DNA from: Macrostomum lignano
Taxonomy: Eukaryota
Direction: 5' to 3'
Length of the DNA: 64,000 bases
Assembly: GCA_002269645.1 (NCBI GenBank)
Contig: NIVC01000718.1
Coordinates: 7,662 to 71,661 of the forward strand
How positions within the stretch are numbered: position 1 is the stretch's first letter; every line of letters starts with the position of its first letter. A model generated the notes under the pieces. The model ran no database searches and was not told the origin of the DNA. It saw only the letters and a program-made list of their open reading frames with translations. The position numbers and the translations under genes were made by a program. Shown piece by piece: positions 13,660 through 25,670 of the stretch.

Positions 13660-14230
13660 CCCTGTTTAACCATCAGTGAGGAGAGTTTGGCGCCCTGTCT
13701 GTTTAACCATCAGTGAGGAGAGTTTAGCGCCCTGCCTGTTTAACCATCAGTGAGGAGAGTTTAGCGCCCTGCCTGTTTAACCATCAGTGAGGAGAGTTTA
13801 GCGCCCTGTCTGTTTAACCATCAGTGAGGAGAGTTTAGCGCCCTGCCTGTTTAACCATCAGTGAGGAGAGTTTAGCGCCCTGTCTGTTTAACCATCAGTG
13901 AGGAGAGTTTAGCGCCCTGCCTGTTTAACCATCAGTGAGGAGAGTTTAGCGCCCTGGCCCCTGTCTGTTTAACCATCAGTGAGGAGAGTTTGGCGCCCTG
14001 TCTGTTTAACCATCAGTGAGGAGAGTTTGGCGCCCTGTCTGTTTAACCATCAGTGAGGAGAGTTTAGCGCCCTGTCTGTTTAACCATTAGTGAGGAGAGT
14101 TTGGCGCCCTGCCTGTTTAACCATCAGTGAGAAGAGTTTACCATCAGTGAGAAGAGTTTAGAAGAGAAGAGTTTTGCCCTGCCTGTTTAACCATCAGTGA
14201 GGAGAGTTTAGCGCCCTGCCTGTTTAACCA
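13660..14230. repeat. 37-bp minisatellite GTTTAACCATCAGTGAGGAGAGTTTAGCGCCCTG(T/C)CT
   Basis: About 15 abutting units with no spacers. Confidence 0.95.
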
Positions 14231-14579
14231 ATGTAAATACAATACTATCATCCTATCCAAATGAAGCATCCTGTCAATGTCTGTCTGTCTGTTGCCAACA
14301 TTGCTATTTTTCTCACAATCATTATATAAGGCTTATTCAAAACAATATGTGCTCATGTATGCTACACAATGCCTTCATTTGGTTGTTGATTACGTAATCG
14401 ATTGTCCCTAAAAAGTTGGCTATTATTATTAGTTCAAAGGCAGAACACGTTTCAATTCAGACACTTGAATTTAAGAGAAAACCTAAAGAGCCTGTCAAAA
14501 GAATAAGCTTACGACCTACTACTTCTGAAGAAAGAGTTTTCCTATGACCTGTGGTATTTATCTATCTCCAACGTGTCCC

Positions 14580-16070
14580 TCTCCACCCTCTCTCTTCTGT
14601 CTCCCTCTCTCTCCTGTCTCCCTCTGTCTTCTGTCTCCCTCTCTCCCCTGTCTCCCTCTGTCTTCTGTCTCCCTCTCTCCCCTGTCTCCCTCTCTCCCCT
14701 GTCTCCCTCTCTCTTCTGTCTCCCTCTCTCCCCTGTCTCCCTCTGTCTTCTGTCTCCCTCTCTCCCCTGTCTCCCTCTGTCTTCTGTCTCCCTCTCTCCC
14801 CTGTCTCCCTCTCTCTTCTGTCTCCCTCTCTCCCCTGTCTCCCTCTCTCTTCTGTATCCATCTCTACCCTGTCTCCCTCTGTCTTCTGTCTCCCTCTCTC
14901 CCCTGTCTCCCTCTGTCTTCTGTCTCCCTCTCTCCCCTGTCTCCCTCTCTCTTCTGTCTCCCTCTCTCCCCTGTCTCCCTCTCTCTTCTGTCTCCCTCTC
15001 TCCCCTGTTTCCCTCTCTCCCCTGTCTCCCTCTCTCTTCTGTCTCCATCTCTCCCCTGTCTCCCTCTCTCTTCTGTATCCATCTCTACCCTGTCTCCCTC
15101 TCTCTTCTGTCTCCCTCTCTCCCCGAGTCCCCTGTCTCCCTCTGTCTTCTGTCTCCCTCTCTCCCCTGTCTCCCTCTGTCTTCTGTATCCATCTCTACCC
15201 TGTCTCCCTCTGTCTTCTGTCTCCCTCTCTCCCCTGTCTCCCTCTGTCTTCTGTCTCCCTCTCTCCCCTGTCTCCCTCTGTCTTCTGTCTCCCTCTCTCC
15301 CCTGTCTCCCTCTGTCTTCTGTCTCCCTCTCTCCCCTGTCTCCCTCTCTCTTCTGTCTCCCTTTCTCCCCTGTCTCCCTCTGTCTTCTGTCTCCCTCTCT
15401 TCCCTGTCTCCCTCTCTCCCCTGTCTCCCTCTCTCTTCTGTCTCCCTCTCTCTTCTGTCTCCATCTCTACCCTCTCTCCCTCTCTCTCCCCTGTCTCCCT
15501 CTCTCCCCTGTCTCCCTCTCTCCCCTGTCTCCCTCTGTCTTCTGTCTCCCTCTCTCCCCTGTCTCCCTCTGTCTTCTGTCTCCCTCTCTCCCCTGTCTCC
15601 CTCTGTCTTCTGTCTCCCTCTCTCCCCTGTCTCCCTCTCTCTTCTGTCTCCCTTTCTCCCCTGTCTCCCTCTGTCTTCTGTCTCCCTCTCTCCCCTGTCT
15701 CCCTCTCTCTTCTGTCTCCCTCTCTCCCCTGTCTCCCTCTCTCTTCTGTCTCCATCTCTACCCTCTCTCCCTCTCTCTCCCCTGTCTCCCTCTCTCCCCT
15801 GTCTCCCTCTCTCCCCTGTCTCCCTCTCTCTTCTGTCTCCCTCTCTCTTCTGTCTCCCTCTCTCTTCTGTATCCACCTCTCTTCTGTCTCCATCTCTACC
15901 CTGTCTCCCTCTCTACCCTGTCTCCCTCTCTTCTGTCTCCATCTCTACCCTGTCTCCCTCTCTACCCTGTCTCCCTCTCTACCCTGTCTCCCTCTCTCCC
16001 CTGTCTACCTCTCTCGCCTGTCTCCCTCTCTTCCCTGTCTCCCTCTCCTCTCTCCTCTCTCTCCCTCTCT
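14580..16070. repeat. 17-bp CT-rich minisatellite (CTGTCTCCCTCTCTCCC / CTGTCTCCCTCTGTCTT)
   Basis: Tandem units visible; all ORFs here are artefacts. Confidence 0.95.
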
Positions 16071-16183
16071 GCATCTCTGACTCTACATTTCTAATAATAG
16101 TGTCTGTTGCGTTGTCAATAACTGTCAAAGCAAGCTATGGTAAACTATAAAATTTATTTTACCATGCTTTTTAACCCTTGCAG

Positions 16184-16605
16184 CGACAGCAGCGGCAATG
16201 GTCACTCTGCCTCGACGTCGTTCTCACCGACACCGGCGTGCCAGCTCCGACCTCGTCTCCGACGCTCGATTGTCAGCTTCAAGCGTCGCAGTTGATGCTG
16301 CCGCCGCCTCAGACCTGCTGCTGACGGCCGGTCACCAGCTCAATCAGTCATCAATCAATCATGCCAGCAGTTTAGAAGAATCTTCTTTCCATTCGCAGCA
16401 GCAGCAGCAGCAACTGTTGTCGCAAGCTCCGTCTTCTGTTCGCTCTCTTCCGTTGCAGCAGCAGCAGCAACAGCAGCAACAACATTCTCCAGCTCATCAA
16501 AGGCGAGTGGCGAGATTCTGGGAATTGAAACGACTGCTGGCCGAATTGACTAAGCGTAAAGCTGAAAAATGCCGTCAGCTGGCTGCGCTCGAGGCTAAAG
16601 AGAAG
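16184..16605 (+). CDS. CUPID-domain gene exon: polyQ followed by the first CUPID helix (LKRLLAELTKRKAEKCRQLAALEAKEK)
   Basis: TTGCAG acceptor at 16181-83, GTAAAT donor at 16606 in phase 0; resembles the FRMD4 segment LEETLRQRLEELKKLCLREAELTG (recalled, not aligned by tool). Confidence 0.75.
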
Positions 16606-16779
16606 GTAAATAGTCAGTTAAACCTTGACTATTGCGCTCTTATTAATATCATTCTAGCTCTGCGAATTTTACTTTCGATACATATCGGTGCTAGGCTTTA
16701 GTTGTGACGGGGGGTCTGTGTCATTGACTGTATAAGCTTTTTGTCTGACTGTTTAATTGTTATCTTGCTACGTCGCTAT

Positions 16780-17083
16780 CTCCCCTCAAACTCTCCTGTC
16801 TCCTCTCTACCTCTCTTATCGCCTCTCTATCTCTCGTATCTCCCTCTCTTCCTCTCCTATCGCCTCTCTATCTCTCGTATCTCCTCTTCCTCTCCTATCT
16901 CCTCTCTATCTCTCCTATCTATCTCTCTTCCTCTCCTATCTACTTCTCCTTTCTCCCCTCTACCTCTCCTATCTCCCTCTACTTCTCCTATCTCTCTACC
17001 TTCTCTACATCTCCGATATTCCGGTACCCTTCCTATCTATTCCTATCTACCTTGCTTCAAAGCTTCATCTTTATTCCCCCCCC

Positions 17084-17158
<75 letters not shown>

Positions 17159-17160
17159 GC
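16780..17160. repeat. CT-rich low complexity and (CT)n microsatellite
   Basis: Visible directly. Confidence 0.9.
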
Positions 17161-17809
17161 TACAATTTCCCTTTTGAAACGAATTTAAAACGCAACTTAC
17201 GAGTAAATAAGTCAATATGCACTTGGAGCTTGACTATTTTGCAAACAATTTCAGTTTAAACATTTAAGCAGACAGGGTTGGGTTTTATTCTCCATCTTTA
17301 GTTTTGTCTAGCCCATGATGCATTGCATTCTCGTGGAGTAATCCGAGACAACTGATCATGATGAAGGGGTTGGTAGGGTATTTCGATTACGGCACGGCTG
17401 GGCGAGCTCCTCCTGCCCTGCTTGCTTGGCTGGCTGGCTGACAAGAGCCTGAAGGCATTGAACACGATTTTCGAAGGATTATTACGTAATACAAGCCTAC
17501 AGACCGCAGGGGGGGAGGGTTGATGGGCCCGTGATGAGGGCTTAGCTTGGGTTGGGCCATAGACATGCCATACCCACTGCAATGCCACCAAGTTGGATAC
17601 AGCCTAGAGATATACGAGTATATATTGTGTGTGTGTGTCTACCTATATTTTATATGCGTGTTGGAATGTCTATTGACTGAGTCTGCTAGGCCATTTGTGT
17701 CATCTGCTATCCCAACCTACTTTTTCATTCACTATGCTCTTTCCTGCCTTACATCTTACCTGCTCTTCCTATCATCTCCCATCTCTCATCCGTCTCTACT
17801 TGACTCTCC

Positions 17810-18900
17810 TCCCTCTCCCCTCTCCCTCTCCCCTCTCCCTCTAGCCTCTCCCTCTAGCCTCTCCCTCTAGCCTCTCCCTCTAGCCTCTCCCTCTAGCCTC
17901 TCCCTCTAGCCTCTCCCTCTAGCCTCTCCCTCTACCCTCTCCCTCTACCCTCTCCCTCTAGCCTCTCCCTCTAGCCTCTCCCTCTAGCCTCTCCCTCTAG
18001 CCTCTCCCTCTAGCCTCTCCCTCTAGCCTCTCCCTCTAGCCTCTCCCTCTACCCTCTCCCTCTACCCTCTCCCTCTAGCCTCTCCCTCTAGCCTCTCCCT
18101 CTAGCCTCTCCCTCTAGCCTCTCCCTCTAGCCTCTCCCTCTACCCTCTCCCTCTACCCTCTCCCTCTAGCCTCTCCCTCTAGCCTCTCCCTCTAGCCTCT
18201 CCTTCTAGCCTCTCCCTCTAGCCTCTCCCTCTAGCCTCTCCCTCTAGCCTCTCCCTCTAGCCTCTCCCTCTACCCTCTCCCTCTAGCCTCTCCCTCTACC
18301 CTCTCCCTCTAGCCTCTCCCTCTAGCCTCTCCCTCTAGCCTCTCCCTCTACCCTCTCTCCCTCTACCCTCTCTCCCTCTCCCTTTTCTCTCTCCTCCCTC
18401 TTTCTCCCCTCTCCCTGATCCTCTAGCCTCTCTCTCTACCTTCTCTTTCACCTCTCCTTCCCTGAGCCACTCTCTCTCCCCTCCCCCTATTCCTTCTCCC
18501 TCTACCCTCTCCCTCTCCTCTCCTTTATCCCCTCTCCTCTTTCCGCATGCTCCCTCTCCTCCCCTCTCCCTCTAGCCTCTCCCTCTACCCTCTCCCTCTA
18601 CCCTCTCCCTCTACCCTCTCCCTCTACCCTCTCCCTCTAGCCTCTCCCTCTAGCCTCTCCCTCTAGCCTCTCCCTCTACCCTCTCTCCCTCTCCCTTTTC
18701 TCTCTCCTCCCTCTTTCTCCCCTCTCCCTGATCCTCTAGCCTCTCTCTCTACCTTCTCTTTCACCTCTCCTCCCCTGAGCCACTCTCTCTCCCCTCCCCC
18801 TATTCCTTCTCCCTCTACCCTCTCCCTCTCCTCTCCTTTATCCCCTCTCCTCTTTCCGCATCCTCCCTCTCCTCCCCTCTCCCTCTAGCATCTCCCCCCT
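17810..18900. repeat. 13-bp minisatellite (CCTCTCCCTCTAG)n with an internal ~330-bp duplication
   Basis: Units visible; the segment containing CTGATCCTCTAGCC and CTGAGCCACT occurs twice. Confidence 0.95.
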
Positions 18901-19327
18901 AGCACATCAATCGCCCTAGCATCAGACAAATTGTCCAGCTCTTCCTGCCTACCTATGAGTAATAAATCAATCCCCCATGCAAAGCGAAACAATAAAGCCA
19001 ACGATGCGTTAAGATTGATTGATCAAAAGCCTGACTAAGCTATCTCATGCCATTTTCAAACCCAATTCGGGATAAACCAACAATGACATTGGGAGATTGC
19101 CATTAACTACTGTTGCTGGGGCGTTGAGGCCGACCGGAACCTGGGCGTGTATTAATCTAGTTGCCATGGCAATTAGTAGCCAAGTTTTATCGTATTTTGT
19201 AGCTAAGTTTTGTATCATACATATCGCCTAATAAGCGAGAGATGCCACAATCAATTTATCAGATTCAGAACTTTCAAACTAACCTTAACTTAAATTAATC
19301 ATTAATCTTACCGCCTCTCCGTTGCAG

Positions 19328-19543
19328 AGTCTATCTGGCGAGTTCTGTCCCAGGTCAGACAGTCAGCATCATACTGACCATAGTGGCAGCAGTTCTCTGC
19401 CGCGCAATCAGCCAAATCTGCATCAGCCGCCCCAGCATCACCAGCAGCCTCATCATCAGTCGACGGTCGGGTCAGCTTCTGGCCAGCTTTGCTTCCCAAC
19501 GCAATATCTTGTCGCGGTGGAAGAGGAGACTGTACATTCTGAG
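19328..19543 (+). CDS. CUPID-domain gene exon (SLSGEFCP...VHSE; 72 codons, His/Gln/Pro-rich)
   Basis: TTGCAG acceptor and GTAATT donor, phase 0 at both ends; EKSLSGEFCP lines up with the conserved EAELTGKLP motif. Confidence 0.7.
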
Positions 19544-19547
19544 GTAA

Positions 19548-20345
19548 TTGTTGAAGATTGTGAAGATTTGGGAGATTGTAAAAATTGGGGAGATTGTGAA
19601 GATTTGGGAGATTGTGAAGATTTGGGAGATTGTGAAGATTGAGGAGATTGTGAATATTGGGGAGATTGTGAATATTGGGGAGATTGTGAAGATTTGGGAG
19701 ATTGTGAAAATTGGGGAGATTGTGAAGATTTGGGAGATTGTGAAGATTTGGGAGATTGTGAAGATTGAGGAGATTGTGAATATTGGGGAGATTGTGAATA
19801 TTGGGGAGATTGTGAAGATTTGGGAGATTGTGAAAATTGGGGAGATTGTGAAGATTTGGGAGATTGTGAAGATTTGGGAGATTGTGAAGATTGAGGAGAT
19901 TGTGAATATTGGGGAGATTGTGAATATTGGGGAGATTGTGAAGATTTGGGAGATTGTGAAAATTGGGGAGATTGTGAAGATTTGGGAGATTGTGAATATT
20001 GGGGAGATTGTGAATATTGGGGAGATTGTGAAGATTTGGGAGATTGGGGAGATTGTGAAGATTTTGGAGAGTGTGAAAATTGGGGAGATTGTGAAGATTG
20101 GGGAGATTGTTAAGATTGAGGAGATTGTGAGAATTGGGGAGATTGTGAAGATTGTGAAGATTTGGGAGATTGTGAAGATTGGGGAGATTGTGAAGATTTG
20201 GGAGATTGTGAAGATTTGGGAGATTGTGAAGATTGGGGAGATTGTGAAGATTAGGGAATTTGGGGAGATTGGGGAGATTGAGGAGATTGTGAAGATTGGG
20301 GAGATTAAGGGGATTGAGAAGATTTAGGATTGTGAAGATTCGAGA
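19548..20345. repeat. 18-bp minisatellite GGGAGATTGTGAAGATTT, intronic
   Basis: Starts just after the 19544 donor; the WEIVKI ORF is an artefact. Confidence 0.95.
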
Positions 20346-20834
20346 CTGTGAAGATTATGGAAACGGTGAAGCTTGGGTATTGTGAAGATTGAGGAGTTGT
20401 AAAGATTTTGAGGTTGCTAACATTTGGGTTGTAAACATTCGAAATTGTGAAGATTGGGACTTTGTGAAGTTAAGGATTGTGAAGAATGACTAACAAAGTA
20501 AAAAATGGGAGTTTCCCGGTAAAATTTCTTGTCCAGATATCTACTCGCAATTTTAGACACCCATGGTTGCGGCAGTTGTTAATTTTTATTGCTACAAAAT
20601 ATTGCTTGATTAGGAAAGTTTGGAAGTCGTCGAATAAAAGCAAGACAGACTGATAGCAATCTGCCTAAATTTTCCCATTTCCTATCTTCAGTTCGTGGTT
20701 TCATTTTTTAGGGTCGCTAACCAGTCACCACCACAACCACAAAAGCCGCACAAATTTATACATACGTGCAGAGCTTTTAAACTTATTTCCCCAAAAGAAT
20801 TCTTTACAGGAATCTAGAGACTTACGAAAATCGC

Positions 20835-21700
20835 CTCACACCTGTGAAAATCGCTTCACACCTGTGATAATAGCCTCTCATCTGTGATAATCGCCTCTCA
20901 CCTGTGATAATCGCCTCACACCTGTGGAAATCGCCTCACACCTGTGGAAATCGCCTCACACCTGTGATAATCGCCTCTCACCTGTGATAATCGCCTCTCA
21001 CCTGTGATAATCGCCTCTCACCTGTGATAATCGCCTCACACCTGTGATAATCGCCTCTCACCTGTGATAATCGCCTCACACCTGTGATAATCGCCTCTCA
21101 CCTGTGATAATCGCCTCACACCTGTGGAAATTGCCTCACACCTGTGGAAATCGCCTCACACCTGTGATAATCGCCTCACACCTGTGATAATCGCCTCTCA
21201 CCTGTGATAATCGCCTTACACCTGTGATAATCGCCTTACACCTGTGATAATCGCCTCTCACCTGTGATAATCGCCTCACACCTGTGGAAATCGCCTCACA
21301 CCTGTGGAAATCGCCTCTCACCTGTGGAAATCGCCTCTCACCTGTGATAATCGCCTCTCACCTGTGATAATCGCCTCACACCTGTGATAATCGCCTCTCA
21401 CCTGTGATAATCGCCTTACACCTGTGATAATCGCCTCTCACCTGTGATAATCGCCTCACACCTGTGGAAATCGCCTCACACCTGTGGAAATCGCCTCTCA
21501 CCTGTGATAATCGCCTCTCACCTGTGATAATCGCCTTACACCTGTGATAATCGCCTCACACCTGTGATAATCGCCTCTCACCTGTGATAATCGCCTTACA
21601 CCTGTGATAATCGCCTCTCACCTGTGATAATCGCCTCACACCTGTGGAAATCGCCTCACACCTGTGGAAATCGCCTCACACCTGTGATAATCGCCGTACA
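20835..21700. repeat. 20-bp minisatellite CACCTGTGATAATCGCCTCA
   Basis: About 43 tandem units. Confidence 0.95.
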
Positions 21701-22319
21701 TTTTTGTGAAACAAGCCATATGCTTGTTTCTTATGTTTATCAAGAAAAATGTTGATTAATAACTTCTCTCTGTTACTGAAATGCGATGACTAATTGGGCC
21801 TTTCGGCTTTCCATGAATTCCATCCGCCATAACTTGTTCTATATGTGTTGAACTTTTATTATAATATTTTATGACCGAAAGAGTCCCACGGGTATCAAGC
21901 AAGGGTCACAGACTGTCTCGTTAATGGCTGAGTATTTTGACTATGACTAACTACACTTAACCCTCATTGCGCAGCTTTTGACAAAGAGGGTCTGTCTCTC
22001 ATTGCTTGTCCAAACAGATCTTATCTATCCTCGAGCTCAGGGATTTGCCTCCCCTCTTTGGCGTCTCCGCATTCGTGCGCCTTGCCTCTTTAACTGCCAT
22101 TTTGTGTCTGGTTTTGCTTGGCATTATAAATCTTTGGTTTGGCATTGATTTCTGTGGTGAAAAACTTTAAGTGTTTTTTTTTAGAAACGAACTTTGGGCT
22201 GGGCCCCATATTTTTGGGAGTCCTTGAGTGCCACCTCCATGTCTTCTATATGGACCTAGTTCAATAGTCCATGCCCATGTGTATCTTAGTGGTGGACTGG
22301 CTAAATACAATATAGACTG

Positions 22320-22388
22320 ATTGATAGACAGATGGATAGATTAGATAGATGGATAGATAGATAGATAGATAGACAGGTAGATAGATAT

Positions 22389-22461
<73 letters not shown>

Positions 22462-22523
22462 CAGGTAGATAGATATATAGATATATAGATAGATAGATAG
22501 ATAGATAGTTAGATAGATAGATG

Positions 22524-22567
<44 letters not shown>

Positions 22568-22576
22568 CATAGATAA

Positions 22577-22628
<52 letters not shown>

Positions 22629-22915
22629 TAGATAGCGAGAAAGAGCGAGCGAAGCGAGCTCTTTCGAGCTTGCTTGCCGCAGCCAATCAAGCTGAATGCA
22701 CGCACACAAGATCACCGGAAACGATGGAAACGATAGATAGATAGATGGATAGATAGATAGATAAATAGATAGATAGATAGATGGATAGATGGATAGATAG
22801 ATAGATAAATAGATAGATAGATAGATGGATAGATGGATAGAAAGATAGATAAATAGATAGATAGATAGACAGATAGATAGATAGATAGACAGACATGACA
22901 GACAGACAGACAGAC
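22320..22915. repeat. (GATA)n / (GACA)n microsatellites interrupted by ~100 bp of unique sequence
   Basis: Visible directly. Confidence 0.95.
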
Positions 22916-23041
22916 AGATTCTTAAAAAGCTAACGCTGAAAATTTTACATGATTCACACGTATAAAATGTTTTTATTTCTACTTACAGTAGAATCGGCCA
23001 TTTTTAACCAACCAAATCAACCCCCATCCCGCGAATTCCAG

Positions 23042-23185
23042 CTGGTCCAGCTGCAAGAGGAGGCGGCGGTCCAGCGCGCCATGGTGGAGGCGAACGCCCG
23101 CCTGCTGCGCGAGTGCCAGGCCGACAAACTGGGCCGCCAGCTGAAACGGAAACGAACTCAGGAGTACCAGCGATCGCAGGAGAAG
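23042..23185 (+). CDS. CUPID-domain gene exon (LVQLQEEAAVQRAMVEANARLL...LKRKRTQEYQRSQEK)
   Basis: TTCCAG acceptor and GTAAGA donor, 48 codons, phase 0/0; resembles FRMD4A LEREFAIQSQITEAARRL...KKLKKQRKTSYLNALKK. Confidence 0.8.
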
Positions 23186-23207
23186 GTAAGAACTTAGGAG
23201 GACCAAT

Positions 23208-23320
23208 AGGTTGTAGCCTACTGGTTAGAGCGTTGGACCCACGACTGAACAATTTGTGTCTTTAAACAAAGCGAATAACTCTGCATTGCTTCAGTTGACC
23301 AGCATCAGCTGGGGTAATTG
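23208..23320 (+). mobile_element. Internally deleted tRNA-derived CORE-type SINE copy
   Basis: GTAGCCTACTGGTTAGAGCGTTGGACCCACGACTG head and TAACTCTGCATTGCTTCAGTT match the reverse complement of the copies at 56044 and 63690. Confidence 0.7.
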
Positions 23321-23480
23321 ATTTAAAGTACACAGAGTGTACATGCCTGATGATTAGACAGTCAGGGCTGATGTACACCCTGTGTGAGCATGAGTGCGCG
23401 CCCGCGGACAGTAGCCGAATGGGCAGGAGCGCTGGTTGTGCGACGATGTAACCGAAGGCTTCGATTTCTCCCTTCACCAG

Positions 23481-23773
23481 CTTCGCTCCATCAACCAGCG
23501 GATCGCTGAGATTCGAACTCGCGACTCTGCAGCTGCTTCCGCCGCCGCATCCGCGGGCGCAGCTGACGCTGTCCATCACCAAGTTCAAGGCGAAGACGCT
23601 CGCCAGTCTGCCGACTCTCAGCTTCAATCTCCGGTTTTGTCTGTGGGCCAAACCGGCACCTGGTCACCGCCTGTGTCCGGCGTGAGCACCTTTGGCCAGG
23701 GACAGCAGATCTGCCGACACCTGAGCTTGCAGCAGCCGCGGCATCTGCCTGAACGAAGGATGAACTCGTTCTG
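23481..23773 (+). CDS. CUPID-domain gene exon (LRSINQRIAEIRTR...RRMNSFW)
   Basis: TTCACCAG acceptor in phase 0 completes KLRSINQRIAEIR (compare KLQEIENAINENR); GTGAGG donor at 23774 in phase 2. Confidence 0.75.
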
Positions 23774-23844
23774 GTGAGGGCTTCGAACCTGAGGGCTGAT
23801 ATTATAGATCATTAGATTTTTAATCCTCAAGTGCTAAATATCCC

Positions 23845-24240
23845 AGATCCTCAGTTACCGGGCCAGCCTCCCAGATCCTCAGTTGCTGGGCCAGCCTTCC
23901 AGATGCTCAGTTGCTGGGCCACCAGCCTCCCAGATCCTCAGTTGCTAGGCCAGCCTCCCAGATGCTCAGTTGCTGGGCCAGCCTCCTAGATGCTCAGTTG
24001 CTGGGCCAGCCTCCCAGATCCTCAGTTGCTGGGCCAGCCTCCCAGATCCTCAGTTGCTGGGCCAGCCTCCCAGATCCTCAGTTGCTGGGCCAGCCTCCCA
24101 GATCCTCAGTTGCTGGGCCAGCCTCCCAGATCCTCAGTTGCTGGGCCAGCCTCCCAGATCCTCAGTTGCTGGGCCAGCCTCCCAGATCCTCAGTTGCTGG
24201 GCCAGCCTCCCAGATCCTCAGTTGCTGGGCCAGCTTCCCA
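23845..24240. repeat. 28-bp minisatellite CTGGGCCAGCCTCCCAGATCCTCAGTTG, intronic
   Basis: About 14 tandem units between phase-matched splice sites. Confidence 0.95.
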
Positions 24241-24281
24241 AAGTGTCAGGTGCCTCATCAGTCAGCACTGAATCCCCGCAG

Positions 24282-24606
24282 GCAGCAGCAGCACTCGAAC
24301 TGCGCCGGCTCGAACGCATCGGCCGTAGCTTCAACAGTCAGCGTGGACTCCGGCTACCAGGAGATCTCCTGCTGCACCAGCTCCACCACCAGTCTGGAGT
24401 CGCACCTTCAGCGAGGTGCCTGCCCGACCCTGAGGACCTTCCAGACCTCCGCTACTGCCACCGCAGCCGCTCCTGCCGCTCCTGCCGCGGCTGCGACGGC
24501 TGGTGAAGTCCCGGCAAGTGCTAAACTGACTGTCAACAAGCCAGAGCCCTACAACGACACTGCAGCCATGGACGAAGATGATAGCATTAGTAGTGATCAG
24601 TTTTAA
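24282..24606 (+). CDS. CUPID-domain gene terminal exon (QQQHSN...SVDSGYQE...SSDQF*)
   Basis: CCCCGCAG acceptor in phase 2 matches the 23774 donor; TAA at 24604-06. Confidence 0.65.
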
Positions 24607-24829
24607 TATTTAAAAATGTGCCTGGGCAAAATTAATTATTACATATTTGTTTTTCTATGTTCATTTGCGTCCAATCTGATATTAATATGCTGGTATTGTA
24701 TTTTAAAGTTTATTTAATAATTAATGGTTTGTGGTAAAGCAAATATTTTGTTTGTCCGCTTGTTTCTGACGATTTCTGGTGCGCGACCAACAAATCTATC
24801 TCTGTCTGTATCTTATCTACCCATCCACT

Positions 24830-25670
24830 TCTCTGCCTACTTATCTACCTGACCAATCTACCTATTTACCTGACCAATCTACCTATTTACCTGACCAATC
24901 TACCTATTTACCTGACCAATCTACCTATTTACCTGACCAATCTACCTATTTACCTGACCAATCTACCTATTTACCTGACCAATCTACCTATTTACCTGAC
25001 CAATCTACCTATTTACCTGACCAATCTACCTATTTACCTGACCAATCTACCTATTTACCTGACCAATCTACCTATTTACCTGACCAATCTACCTATTTAC
25101 CTGACCAATCTACCTATTTACCTGACCAATCTACCTATTTACCTGACCAATCTACGCTCGTACCTATTTACCTGACCAATCTACCTATTTACCTGACCAA
25201 TCTACCTATTTACCTGACCAATCTACCTATTTACCTGACCAATCTACCTATTTACCTGACCAATCTACCTATTTACCTGACCAATCTACCTATTTACCTG
25301 ACCAATCTACCTATTTACCTGACCAATCTACCTATTTACCTGACCAATCTACCTATTTACCTGACCAATCTACCTATTTACCTGACCAATCTACCTATTT
25401 ACCTGACCAATCTACCTATTTACCTGACCAATCTACCTATTTACCTGACCAATCTACCTATTTACCTGACCAATCTACGCTCGTACCTATTTACCTGACC
25501 AATCTACCTATTTACCTGACCAATCTACGCTCGTACCTATTTACCTGACCAATCTACGCTCGTACCTATTTACCTGACTAATCTACCTATTTACCTGACC
25601 AATCTACCTATTTACCTGACCAATCTACCTATTTACCTGACCAATCTACCTTACCTGAACAATCTACTTA
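24830..25670. repeat. 21-bp minisatellite TACCTGACCAATCTACCTATT
   Basis: About 40 near-identical units. Confidence 0.97.

Noticed and set aside
13660-14230. 37-bp repeat of CRISPR-like length (also the 30-bp and 32-bp arrays)
   Set aside because: Units abut with no unique spacers, no cas genes are present and the context is eukaryotic.
17350-17455. C/D-box snoRNA (ATGATGA...CTGA)
   Set aside because: No terminal stem and no recognisable rRNA or snRNA guide.
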